A DNA stretch of 64,000 nt. Origin: Halobacteriales archaeon QH_7_69_31. Lineage in GTDB: Archaea; Halobacteriota; Halobacteria; Halobacteriales; Haloarculaceae. The first letter of the stretch is position 1; every line of letters begins with the position of its first letter. Below the pieces are notes generated by a model. It made no database searches and was not told where the DNA came from. It saw only the letters and a program-made list of their open reading frames with translations. The position numbers were made by a program, and so were the translations under genes. This document shows positions 39,908-50,147 of this stretch, in pieces. The stretch lies in assembly GCA_003021745.1 (NCBI GenBank), contig PXQY01000072.1, positions 2,150 through 66,149 on the forward strand. The letters run 5' to 3'.

Positions 39908-40414
39908 ATGGCCGGGCCGGTCCCGGACGAGGTCACCGAGCTCACCGGTCCTCGACGCACGCTCGACCCGGGGATCCAGGTGGTGTGGGTGTTGAAAGGG
40001 GTGGTCCCCTCGCTCGTGCTGGGCGGCATCGTCGGCGTCGCCTTCGCCGTCCTGCCGGTCGGTGGCGCGTGGCTCGGCGCCGCCGTCGCGCTCGTCGCGT
40101 TCGTCCTCTCCGCGGTGCTGTCGGTCCTCCGGTACCGGTCGTGGGCATACGAGGTCCGCGAGGACTCGCTGTACCTGGAGCGGGGGGTGATCACCCACGT
40201 GCGGACGGTCGCCCCGTACGTCCGCATCCAGCACGTCGACGCGAGTCGCGGCCCGATCGAGCGGGCGTTCGGCCTCGCGTCGACCGTCGTCTACACCGCC
40301 GGCTCCCGCGGGGCCGACGTCTCGATCCCCGGGCTCTCGCCGGCGGACGCCGAGGACCTCCAGGCCCGGCTGAAGCGACTGGCCATCGCGGCCGAGGGCG
40401 AGGACGCCGTCTGA
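39908..40414 (+). CDS. bPH_2 (YdbS-like) PH-domain membrane protein
   Basis: YRSWAYEVR..LYLERG, PYVRIQHVD..RGPIERAFGLA. Confidence 0.88.
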   Translation: MAGPVPDEVTELTGPRRTLDPGIQVVWVLKGVVPSLVLGGIVGVAFAVLPVGGAWLGAAVALVAFVLSAVLSVLRYRSWAYEVREDSLYLERGVITHVRTVAPYVRIQHVDASRGPIERAFGLASTVVYTAGSRGADVSIPGLSPADAEDLQARLKRLAIAAEGEDAV

Positions 40415-41794
40415 TGAAGCTCCACCCCCTCTCGATCCCGTACCGGGCCGGCGAGTCCGTCCTCCGGCTCGCCTGGCTCCTCGTGCTTCTCGTCGTCGGT
40501 TCGGCGTTCGAGGGCGCCGCCGGGCCCGCATTCGTGGTCATCGCGGGATTCGTGGTCGCGGCGGCCTACCAGGTCGTCTACTACCAGCGGTTCGAGTACG
40601 AACTGACCCACGACTCCCTCGACATCGCCTCGGGCGTGGTCTCCCGCCGGAACCGCGAGATACCGGTGGGCCGCGTCCAGAACGTCGACGTCAGCCGGAA
40701 CGTCGTCCAGCGGCTCTTCGGCATCGCCGAGATACGCCTCGAGACCGCCGGCGGCTCCTCGACCGAGGCCTCCCTGAAGTGCGTGAGCCTGCCGGAGGCG
40801 CGGCGGCTCCAGGACGAGATCGGCCGGCTGACGCGCGGCGAGCAGTCGGCCGACGCGCCGACGACCGACCGGGAGCGTGAGGAACTGTTCGCGATCACGC
40901 CGAAGGAACTGGCGTTGCTCGGCGTCGTCGGCGTCGACCTCCGCCTGCTCTCGCTCCTGACGGTCGTCCTGACGGTACTCGCGCCGTCGCTCCAGGTGCG
41001 GTTCGCGGATCCGCTCGTCGGCCTGGCCATCACGGCCCCGCTCGCGGCGGTTGCCGTGGTCGGCGTCACCGCCGCCGTCAGCGGCGCCCTGGCGGTGACG
41101 AACTACTACGGCTTCCGCCTGTCGCGCGGCGCCGACGAGCTCCACTACGAGCGGGGTCTCCTCCAGCGGTTCAGCGGCACCATCCCACTGGAGAAGGTCC
41201 AGACGCTCGCCGTCTCCGAGAACGCGATCGCGCGCCGCCTCGGCTACGCGTCGCTGGCGGTCGAGACTGCCGGCCCCGCCGCCGGGACCGGGACGGGCCC
41301 GCCAGCGGTACGCGGTCCGGTACGGCGCCGTCGCAGCCTCCGTCCTCCTCGGGGTGTTCGCCGCCGACCGGGCCACCACCCTCCCGTTCGCCTGGTACGC
41401 CGCGGCGGTGCTGTTGCCGGCGGCGCCGGTCGCGGCCCACCTGAAGTGGGCCAACCTGGGGTACGACGTCCAGCCGGAGTACGTCGTCCTCCGGGAGGGG
41501 TTCTGGACGCGGACCACCACCGTGGTGCCGTACTACCGGGTCCAGACCGTGCTCGACTCGCGGACGGTGTTCCAGCGCCGACGGGACCTCGCCACGCTCG
41601 TCGTCGACACCGCCGGCACCAGCGGCCTGACCGGCGGCCAGCCGCGCGCGCTCGACATCGACGCCGAGCGGGCTGCCGACCTCCGGCGGACCGTCGCCGA
41701 CCGCCTGCAGGCGGAGCTGGCCCGGCGGCGCGACGAGCGGCGACGCGAACGGATCCGGTCGATCGAGTCCGCGACCGCGGATGCGGCGGCTTGA
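40414..41794 (+). pseudogene. YdbT-like multi-PH-domain membrane protein, frameshifted near 41300
   Basis: MKLHPLS, RVQNVD, EKVQT in one frame; the last PH domain (PYYRVQTV) is in a different frame. Confidence 0.75.
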
Positions 41795-41870
41795 CGCGGC
41801 GCCGCTGCGCGTCGTGTCGAGGACTGCTCGGGCCACTACACTTTTACCCGCCAGGCCGCCAGAGGGCCGT

Positions 41871-42497
41871 ATGGCTCGACGCTCCACGGTGGCGGTCGCA
41901 CTGAGCCACCAGTCCGGCATCGTCGACCGCGGGAGCTACACCGGAAGCTACACCTACACTTACGATACCGACGAGGGGACGAGGGATTTCGAGGTCGAGA
42001 ACCGCGTCGACTTCGAGGCGGAGCAGGGCCTCCAGCGGGCCGACGTCACCTACCCTGACCAGGAGGCCGTCATCACGATCTACCGCGACAGCGACACCCG
42101 CTACCGGCGCTCGGAGTTCGACAACCAGACCAGCGTCAATACGGCCAACGACTCGTTCGACGCGACGAACCTGACCGCGACCGACCCCGTCCGGCCGCTG
42201 CTCGTGAACGTCTCCGGCTACGATTCCTCGACCGACGAGCGGAACGGCGACGCCGTGGTCGTCTACGAGATGAACGGGACCGACGGCGTCGACGCGCTCC
42301 CCGACATCAACGAGTCGGCCACCATCACCGACTTCTCCGCGACGGTCGCGGTCGACGGCGACGGCGTCGTCCGCTCGGCCAGCTACGAGGTCAGCTACGA
42401 GGTCGACGGCGACGACCGGGAGCTGTCGGTGGAATACGAACTGTCGGGCTTCGGCGAGACGGCCGTCGAGCGGCCGGCCTGGGTCGAGGACGCCTGA
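41871..42497 (+). CDS. Lipoprotein-like paralog of the downstream gene, N-terminus apparently missing
   Basis: Ends GETAVERPAWVEDA like the next gene (DTSVERPDWVERA); no lipobox. Confidence 0.55.
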   Translation: MARRSTVAVALSHQSGIVDRGSYTGSYTYTYDTDEGTRDFEVENRVDFEAEQGLQRADVTYPDQEAVITIYRDSDTRYRRSEFDNQTSVNTANDSFDATNLTATDPVRPLLVNVSGYDSSTDERNGDAVVVYEMNGTDGVDALPDINESATITDFSATVAVDGDGVVRSASYEVSYEVDGDDRELSVEYELSGFGETAVERPAWVEDA

Positions 42498-42582
42498 TAC
42501 GGACGATCCTGATCCAGTATCGCCCCCGACGGGGATTCCGGGCGGTCACAGCGCTTAACAGGTCTCGCCCGGAGGGCCAGGC

Positions 42583-43383
42583 ATGCATCGACGAGTCGTC
42601 GCCACCGCCGCCGTCGTCGCGCTGGTGTCGGTTGCCGGGTGCTCTGCGCTACCCGTCTTCGACGGCCCCGGGTCGACGCCGACGGCAACGCCATCCCTCG
42701 CGGCCGACGGCACGCCGACGGCGACGGCTGCACCCGTCGAGTACCCCGAAGGGTACGGCGAGACGGGCGTCGTCGACGCCGACGCCGCTGCCGCGACCCA
42801 CGAGCGGGCGCTTTCCGGGTACGACAGCTACCGGTACCGGTTCGACGTCGGCGTCGGGAACGGGACCGGGACGACCGACGCCTTCGTCTACCTGCTCCGG
42901 GTCGATCACACCGACCAGCAGGCCCTCGAGATACGCGATGACGGCGACGCCACCCGCTTCCAGTACTTCGAGACCGACCGGCTGTACCTGAAACTCGAGG
43001 CGGGCGAGGACGTCACGTACAACTCGACCGACCGCCGGTACGTCCGCGAGCGGTTCTCAGGCATCCAGTTTCTCGCGCCGCTGTTCGACCACGTCGACTA
43101 CGGCGGACCCGACGTCCGCGAGACCGAAAACGGAACATACTACCGGTACCGGAGCGAGGCGGTGACGAACGGCGCCGCGATCCTCCCGGCCGACGTCACC
43201 GACGAGGAGATCGCATCCTTCGACGTCACGCTCGTCGTCCACGAGGACGGCTCGGTTCGCGCGGCCCGCTACGACGTGGTGACCGAACGGGACACCCACC
43301 TTTCGGCGCTCGCCACCGTCGAGGCCGTCAACGACACGTCCGTCGAGCGGCCCGACTGGGTCGAACGGGCCGCCGACGATTGA
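42583..43383 (+). CDS. Haloarchaeal lipoprotein
   Basis: VAGC lipobox, YPEGY..TGV.D...HERAL, ERPDW. Confidence 0.75.
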   Translation: MHRRVVATAAVVALVSVAGCSALPVFDGPGSTPTATPSLAADGTPTATAAPVEYPEGYGETGVVDADAAAATHERALSGYDSYRYRFDVGVGNGTGTTDAFVYLLRVDHTDQQALEIRDDGDATRFQYFETDRLYLKLEAGEDVTYNSTDRRYVRERFSGIQFLAPLFDHVDYGGPDVRETENGTYYRYRSEAVTNGAAILPADVTDEEIASFDVTLVVHEDGSVRAARYDVVTERDTHLSALATVEAVNDTSVERPDWVERAADD

Positions 43384-43484
43384 CGCTCCCTTGCGACCCC
43401 GGCCCCCACTGTGCCGCCCGGGAAGTGAACACTCGAATGTCCGTGGCGAGGAAGCTTCTTGCGGCCAGGGAACCTAGGGGCGAC

Positions 43485-43721
43485 ATGGCACGCGAGGTCC
43501 GACACGACGCGACCGAGCCGGCGATACTCGACGCCGACGACCTCGGCGACGACGGGAAGCTGTACGTCTGTCGATGCGGGCTCTCCGGCGACCAGCCGCT
43601 CTGTGACGGCTCCCACCGGCGGACCCACGACGAGACTCCGGACGGCATCTACCGGTACGACCCCGACGGCGCCGCGGGCGAGCGCCGCGAGGTCGAGGCG
43701 GTCGTCCTGACCGACGGGTGA
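43485..43721 (+). CDS. CDGSH iron-sulfur domain protein
   Basis: VCRCGLSGDQPLCDGSH. Confidence 0.92.
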   Translation: MAREVRHDATEPAILDADDLGDDGKLYVCRCGLSGDQPLCDGSHRRTHDETPDGIYRYDPDGAAGERREVEAVVLTDG

Positions 43722-43847
43722 CCGGTCGTCCTGGCCGAGGTTCGACCGTGATCGCCCCGACCGACGGGTGACCAGCGAGTGGTCCGGCCGAGGGTCGACC
43801 GGTGGTGGTTCCGGCGGAGCTTTCCCCCGCGGGTGCCAAACGGCGGC

Positions 43848-44627
43848 ATGGACTACGAGGGGGCGCTCATCGACCTCGACGGGACGGTCTACCGGGGCGA
43901 GGACCCGGTGTCCGGCGCCGCGGCGGCACTCGACCGGCTCCGGGCGGCGGGTGTGCGGACGGTGTTCTTCTCGAACAACCCGACCAAGTCCCGTGTCGCC
44001 TACGCGGACCGTCTCGGGTCGCTCGGTATCGACGTCGCCCCGGACGCGGTGCTGTCGGCCGGGACGGTCACGACGCGGGTGCTGGCCGACGAGCACCCCG
44101 AGGACGCGACGTTTCTGATCGGCGAGGCGGGGCTCCGCCGCCAGTTCGAGGCGGCCGGCATCGACCTCGTCGCCGACGCCACCGACGCCGACGTCCTCGT
44201 CGCCTCCTACGACCGCGAGTTCGACTACGACGACATGCTCGCCGGCTACCGCGCGCTCGCCGCCGGCGCGACCTTCTACGGCACGGACCCGGACCGGCTC
44301 GTCCCGACCGCCGACGGGATGGTGCCAGGGTCCGGCGCGGTCGTCAACGCCGTCGGCGGCGTCCTCGACCGCACCCCCGACCGGGTGTTCGGCAAGCCCT
44401 CGCAGCCGGCCCAGGCGGCGGCACTCGACGCGCTCGGCGTCCCGGCCGAGCGCTGCGTCGTGGTCGGGGACCGCCTCGAGACCGACGTCGCGCTCGGCGA
44501 CCGGGCCGGCATGACGACGGTCCTGGTCCGGACCGGCGCGGCGACGGACGCGGATGTCCACGCGAGCGAGCACAGCCCGGACCACGTCGTCGATTCGCTC
44601 GCCGACCTGCCGGCCGTCCTGCAGTAG
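43848..44627 (+). CDS. HAD-IIA family hydrolase (NagD-like)
   Basis: DLDGT, SNN, GKPS, VGDRLETD. Confidence 0.92.
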   Translation: MDYEGALIDLDGTVYRGEDPVSGAAAALDRLRAAGVRTVFFSNNPTKSRVAYADRLGSLGIDVAPDAVLSAGTVTTRVLADEHPEDATFLIGEAGLRRQFEAAGIDLVADATDADVLVASYDREFDYDDMLAGYRALAAGATFYGTDPDRLVPTADGMVPGSGAVVNAVGGVLDRTPDRVFGKPSQPAQAAALDALGVPAERCVVVGDRLETDVALGDRAGMTTVLVRTGAATDADVHASEHSPDHVVDSLADLPAVLQ

Positions 44628-44815
44628 CGGCCGACTCGATCGCGAGCCTCCGCATGGCTCTTTATAACCTGGCCCGTGCTCGACCACCGTGGCGAACCAG
44701 CACACGCCCTCCGACTACGGGACGCGGAGACGGAAGCGGTGGGTCCCGAACGCGTCGACCCGTGCCGAACTTTCAAGAGACTGGCTCGTTAATCGTTCCC
44801 ACGGCACGATTCACC

Positions 44816-45199
44816 ATGCCGACGAGAGCGGAGCTGCTGGATGACATCCGGCGCATGGACGACGACCTCGACCACACGCCACGCGTCGTCGACGTCCTCC
44901 ACGCCAGCGAGTACGCCAGGGCGGAGTTCCGGGCCGAGTGGTCCTCCTGGCGGGCCGCGATCCGGGACGCCCTCGGCCAGCAGCCCTTCGAGATCTCGCG
45001 CGGCGAGGTGCTGTCGCGGACCATCGAACTCCACGAGACCGTCGAGGCCGACCCCTCCATCCAGACGTGGACCGAGGAGACGCTGTACACGCCGCACGCG
45101 ATCTACCACCACGCCGGGTTCGACAGCTGGACCGACGCCAAGCAGTCCGTGGGCATCGTCATCTGGCACCGGACGAAACCGGGCACCCGCGAGGACTGA
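44816..45199 (+). CDS. Homing-endonuclease-associated-repeat-like protein
   Basis: Two ELL..I.....P...WSSW.AA / FDSW.DAK..G units; no HNH motif. Confidence 0.5.
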   Translation: MPTRAELLDDIRRMDDDLDHTPRVVDVLHASEYARAEFRAEWSSWRAAIRDALGQQPFEISRGEVLSRTIELHETVEADPSIQTWTEETLYTPHAIYHHAGFDSWTDAKQSVGIVIWHRTKPGTRED

Positions 45200-45451
45200 G
45201 ACGGTCGGCCACGTCCCGGACCGCCGTCCCTCGCTGCCGGCGCCAGGGATCGCGGACGGCACGGCGACACCAGGGCGGGTGGCGGCGGGTCCTCGAGCGA
45301 TGGCCGCTGGCGTCAGTTCCGCGTCGTCGACGAGTGCACCACGAGGCGGGCCCGCGGCCACGATCGCGCCGCGAGAACGAGAATTTCCGACGGTCACCGC
45401 CTCCGGTACGACGGCCGAAGAGCTAACGTCGGGACGGGGCATTCGGGCCGT

Positions 45452-46441
45452 ATGAGCGGGCCGGACACGGGAGCGGGGTCGAGGACGGCGGTGGGCGTCG
45501 CCGCAGCGGTCGCCGCCTCGCTGCTGGGGGCCGGCATCCTCGGGGCCGTCGGCATCGCGGGGGCGGGCCACGGCCCCGAGGGTTCGAACTTCACCTACAC
45601 GCCGCTGTCGGCCGACGACCGCGAGCCCGGCGCGTCGGACACCCGCGTCGGCCAGATCGGTCAGGCGGCAGCGGGCGTCGACACCGACTTCGAGACCCTG
45701 CTCCGGCTCCGGGCCGTGTGGCGGGCCGGCAGCTGGGAGAACTGTGGCCCCGGTTCGGCCGAGGAATTCGGGATCGACCGCGGCAGCGACAACGAGCCGT
45801 ACGACGTCGACGAGGGCCTCACCGACAACGTGAAGTCCTTCAGCGCGAGCGAGGACGTCTTCGAATCCAGGTTCTACGACGAAGACGACCTCGGCGAGTC
45901 GGTTCACCTGACCAGCGAGGACCGCATCTTCTCGGTGATCGAGTGTCCCACCAATCCCCCGGAGGCCGGCTGGCACCGGATCGACGCCGCGTCGGTCACG
46001 GGCCGGACCCCGGGCGGGGAGGTGGTCACCTTCGAGGACCCCTCGCACTGGTTCTGGATCTGTGACTGTCGGAACGAGGCCGAGGCCCGCGACCGGCTCG
46101 GGCCGCCGCCGCCCCAACCGGCGGAGACGCAGATGCCCACGCCGACGGCCACCGAACGGTTGACCGCCGACGGCGAACCGTCGACGCCGACCGCGACCGG
46201 CGCGACGCGGGCGACCGAACCCGGCGTCGCGTCCCGGGAAACGGCCACCCCGACGGCGACGGTTGACGGGCAGACGACGCCCCGTGCGACCGAAACCCCG
46301 ACCCCTACGTCGGGCGACTGGGACGACTACACCTACCGGACCCCCACCGTCGAGAGCGGCGGTGGATTCCCACCGGTCGCGGCCATCGGCGCCCTCCTGG
46401 TCGCGACCGCCCTCGGCCGCCGGTGGCGGCGCCGTGACTGA
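45452..46441 (+). CDS. Cell-surface protein, paralog of 36290-37303
   Basis: SNFT..P...R.PGA, FGIDRG, NVKSF.A.ED, HWFWICDC, GGF-TM-RRWRRR. Confidence 0.8.
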   Translation: MSGPDTGAGSRTAVGVAAAVAASLLGAGILGAVGIAGAGHGPEGSNFTYTPLSADDREPGASDTRVGQIGQAAAGVDTDFETLLRLRAVWRAGSWENCGPGSAEEFGIDRGSDNEPYDVDEGLTDNVKSFSASEDVFESRFYDEDDLGESVHLTSEDRIFSVIECPTNPPEAGWHRIDAASVTGRTPGGEVVTFEDPSHWFWICDCRNEAEARDRLGPPPPQPAETQMPTPTATERLTADGEPSTPTATGATRATEPGVASRETATPTATVDGQTTPRATETPTPTSGDWDDYTYRTPTVESGGGFPPVAAIGALLVATALGRRWRRRD

Positions 46442-46544
46442 CGCGGTGCGTGCGAGCGCCGCGCTCGGCGGGATACGAACTGCCGTATGCGGCTCGCGTT
46501 GACCGGACCGTGTCACGGCCTGCGCCGTCGTCCGGCCGACGCCG

Positions 46545-47096
46545 TCAGTGGAAGCCGCGACCGACGTCGCTGTCCTCGATGAGGTCGTCCAGCTCCGTGG
46601 TGAGCACGTCCTCGGCCTCCTCGAACGTCCCCGACAGCGAATCCAGGTCATCGGGCCGGTCGTACATGTCGTAGGCCATCGGCCCGTAGGCGGGGCTCTC
46701 CAGGGCGCCCATCACGTCCTCGAAGAGGGCGTCGGGGGTCGTCGGCGCGTCGGCGTGGGCCTCGAGCACCGTCTCGAGTTCCGTCGCCCGCTCGGTGGCC
46801 TCCTCCGCGTCGTCGACGCCGTCGTTGACCCCGAAGCGACCGCCCGAGTCGCCGTCGGGGAACAGCGGGTCGAGGTCCTCGTCGACCGAGCGGGCGACCC
46901 GGGCGCCGACCCCCTGGACCTCGTAGGGGTTCTTCGCGAACGTCTTCAACTGGAAGACGCCGACCGACGGGTGACCGAGGAACATGTCCTCGCCGGGTCC
47001 GCCGCGGCGGTCGCCGGCCACCGCGCGCCAGTCGCCGGCGGCGGCGTCCGATTCGACGACGTCCCCGAGGATGTCCTGCCAATCTCGAACGCGCAT
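46545..47096 (-). CDS. Conserved haloarchaeal hypothetical protein
   Basis: MRVRDWQDIL, LKTFAKNPY, SPAYGPM; acidic and host-like. Confidence 0.75.
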   Translation of the reverse strand: MRVRDWQDILGDVVESDAAAGDWRAVAGDRRGGPGEDMFLGHPSVGVFQLKTFAKNPYEVQGVGARVARSVDEDLDPLFPDGDSGGRFGVNDGVDDAEEATERATELETVLEAHADAPTTPDALFEDVMGALESPAYGPMAYDMYDRPDDLDSLSGTFEEAEDVLTTELDDLIEDSDVGRGFH

Positions 47097-47196
47097 GCCC
47101 GGCCCTCGTGGAGGTAGCGGAATGAACCTGTCGACTTCCGTCGCCGCCCTCGCGCCGACCGATAGCGTTTTTCGGACGACGGCGCTGGAGGGGAAC

Positions 47197-49877
47197 GTGA
47201 CCCTTCGGGGCCCCGTCGTCGAAGTTCGCGACACCCGGACCGTCGAGACGGCACGCGGCACGAGCGACCTCGCGGAAGTCCTGGTGCGACCGGAGCGCGG
47301 CGCAGCCGACGCCGTCCAGGTGACGCTGTGGGGCAAGTGGACCGAGACGGCCGAACTGCTGGAGCCGGGGATGGAGCTTCTCGTCACCGACGTCGACGAC
47401 GAGGAGTTCCGCGGCCGGTCGTCGTCGAACCCGACTTCCTCGTCGACGTGACCGACGTGCGCGGCTGGGTGCAGTGTCCCCGCATCTACTACCTCAACAA
47501 GCTCTCCGGCGCCCCGCTCGTGTACCCGGTCGTCAAGGGGACGGTCGTCCACGAGGTGTTCGGCGACCTGCTCCGCGGCCGGGATCTGGAGGCGAGCATC
47601 GACGACCGGGTCGCCGACGCCGCCGTCGACCTCGGGCTACTGGGGGAGTCTGCCGACGCCGTCGCCGAGGACGTCCGGCAGAACGCCGCCGCGATCGAGG
47701 GGTGGCTCCAACAGGGGGCGCTCGGCGAGGCCGATTCGTGGCGCTCCGAGCAGACGCTCATCTCCGAGCGGTTCGGGATCAAGGGCCGCGCCGACGCCGT
47801 CAGGCGGGGGATGCCCGTCGAGCTGAAGACCGGCAAGAACACCGGACGGGAGCCGCGGTTCCACGACAAGGTCCAGGCCGCCTGCTACGCGCTCCTTCTG
47901 GCCGACGACCTCGTCGAGGCGCCCGATACGGGTACGCTGCTGTATACGAAGAACACCGCCCTCGACCGCAGCGAGGCCTCGGGGGACCTCTCGCCGGCGA
48001 AGGACTTCTCGATCGGGAAGGGGTTCCTGCAGTTCGTCCTCCGGACCAGAAACGAGATCGCCGCTGCCGAGTACGACCTCACCGTCCCCACGGGCTACGA
48101 AGCCGACGCGATCTGCGAGTACTGCTTCGAGCGGGACACCTGCATGGCCGTCGCCGGCCGCCTCGACCAGACGTCGAAGGCCGGGACCGTCGGCGAGCCG
48201 ATTCCCGACGAGGAGCGGGCGTACTTCGAGCGCTCCTACCGCGCCATCGAGGTCGAGCGGCGGGCGGTCCACGACGAGTACCGGAAGCTCTGGGAGCAGT
48301 CGGCCGCCGAACGGGCGGCCGACGACCGGGCGCTCCTTGACCTGGAGCCGATCGACCGCGAGGCCGTCGAGGGCGGCCGGTGGCGACTCACCGCCCGCCG
48401 CCCCGGGGAGGCCGTCTCGAAGATCCGCGAGGGCGACCGCGTGCTGGCCAGCGACGGCCACCCGACGCGGGGGACCGCGGAGCTTTCGACCGTCGAGTCC
48501 CTCGGCGAGGAGGTGGTCGTCGTCGCCGACGAGCCGTTCGACCTCCGACGGCTCGACGTCTACCCCTCCGAGATCGGCATCGACCGCCAGCTCGCGGCGC
48601 TTCACGACGCCGTCCTGCAGGGCACCCCCGAGCGGCGGGACGTCCTGTTCGGCCGCCGCGACCCGGCGTTCAGCGGCGAGGCGCGGACCTACATCGAGGA
48701 CAACGACGCCCAGGACCGGGCCGTCGACCGGGCGGTTCGGGCCGAGGAGTTCGCGCTCGTCCACGGGCCGCCGGGGACCGGCAAGACCTACGTGCTCGCC
48801 CGGACGGTCCGGGCGCTCGTCGAGGCCGGCGAGCGCGTCCTGCTGGCGGCGTTCACCAACCGCGCCGTCGACAACGCCATCGAGGCGCTCGCGGCCCAGG
48901 GCTCCACCGACGTGGTCCGCTGGGGCTCGGCGGCCGGCGTCCGGGAGGACATGGAGGCCTACCGGTTCGAGCGCGCCGGCGACCCCGAGGAGCGGTCCGC
49001 CGCGCTCCGGGACGCCAGCGTCGTCGCGGCGACCACAGCCGCCTGCGGCGGCCGTGCCCTGAAGGCCATGTCGTTCGACGTCGCCGTGGTCGACGAGGCC
49101 GGCCAGCTCACAGAGCCCGGGACCTTCCTCGCGACGAACCGCGCCGACCGGTTCGTCCTCGTCGGCGACCACCAGCAGTTGCCCCCCGTAGTCCGCGCCG
49201 AGGGCGGGACTCATCGGGGCGCTGACGGCACGTCGGAAGCGGCGGCCGGTTCGCCGGGCAGCGACCTCGGCCGGTCGCTGTTCGAGCGCCTCATCGAGGA
49301 GTACCCGGCGGCCGGGGTCGCACTCGACCGCCAGTACCGGATGAGCCAGCGCGTCCAGTACTTCTCGAGCCGGGAGTTCTACGACGGCCGGTTGCGACCT
49401 GCCTCCGGCGCGGTGGCGAGCCAGCGACTCGGGGACCTCCTGGGGGTCGACACCGACGCGCTCCCGCCATCACTGTGTGACCCGGTGACGTTCGTCGACC
49501 CGGACGGGACCGCAGACGGGAACGTCAACGCCGCCGAGGCCGACCGCGTCGCCGAAATCGTCGACGCCTTCCTGGCCGTCGGCGTCGACGCCGAGGACGT
49601 CGGCGTCATCGCCCCGTTCCGCGCCCAGGTCGCCGAGATCTCCAAGCACGTCGACGACGTGATGGTGGACACCGTCGACCGGTTCCAGGGCTCGTCGAAG
49701 GAGGTCGTCGTGATCTCGTTCGTCGCCACCGGCGACCTACGGAGCCCCATCTTCGAGGACCACCGGCGGGTCAACGTCGCGCTGACGCGCGCGAAGAAGG
49801 CGCTGGTGCTCGTCGGCGACGAGGCGGCGTTGCGGAGCGTGCCGTTCTATGAGAGGATGTTGGAGTGGGCAGCGTGA
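47197..49877 (+). CDS. Dna2-like nuclease-helicase (OB fold + PD-(D/E)XK + SF1B), frameshift near 47415
   Basis: OB region VTLWG in one frame; QCPR, KGRADA, VELKTG, C..C..C, HGPPGTGKT, DEAGQ, GDHQQLPP, QYRM, TVDRFQG, NVALTRAK in the next frame. Confidence 0.85.
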
Positions 49878-50032
49878 GCCGAACGTAGTGAGGCTCACGT
49901 TGTCGCGAACGGCGACCGGAGGGAGCCGTGAGCCGGGAGGCCGAGCGACAGCGAGGCCTCCGGATGAGCGAGCGGGGAGCGCGCGGCCGACCGAAGGGAT
50001 CGTGGGTGCGAGCAATGAGCGAAGCGAGCGGG
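49873..50032. repeat. GA/GNA-hairpin repeat cluster
   Basis: CGTGAGCC-GA-AC-GTA-GT-GA-GGCTCACG; ACGGC-GA-CC-GGA-GG-GA-GCCGT; GAGCGAAGCGAG. Confidence 0.75.
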
Positions 50033-50147
50033 TACTGATCGCCGGCAAATTCTCGAGCATTGATCCGGTAATCGACACGATTCAAAGCGCAGATGTACTG
50101 GTCGATCACCCGAAGTTATAACCTGCCGGGCGAACCCGATGTGAGCA

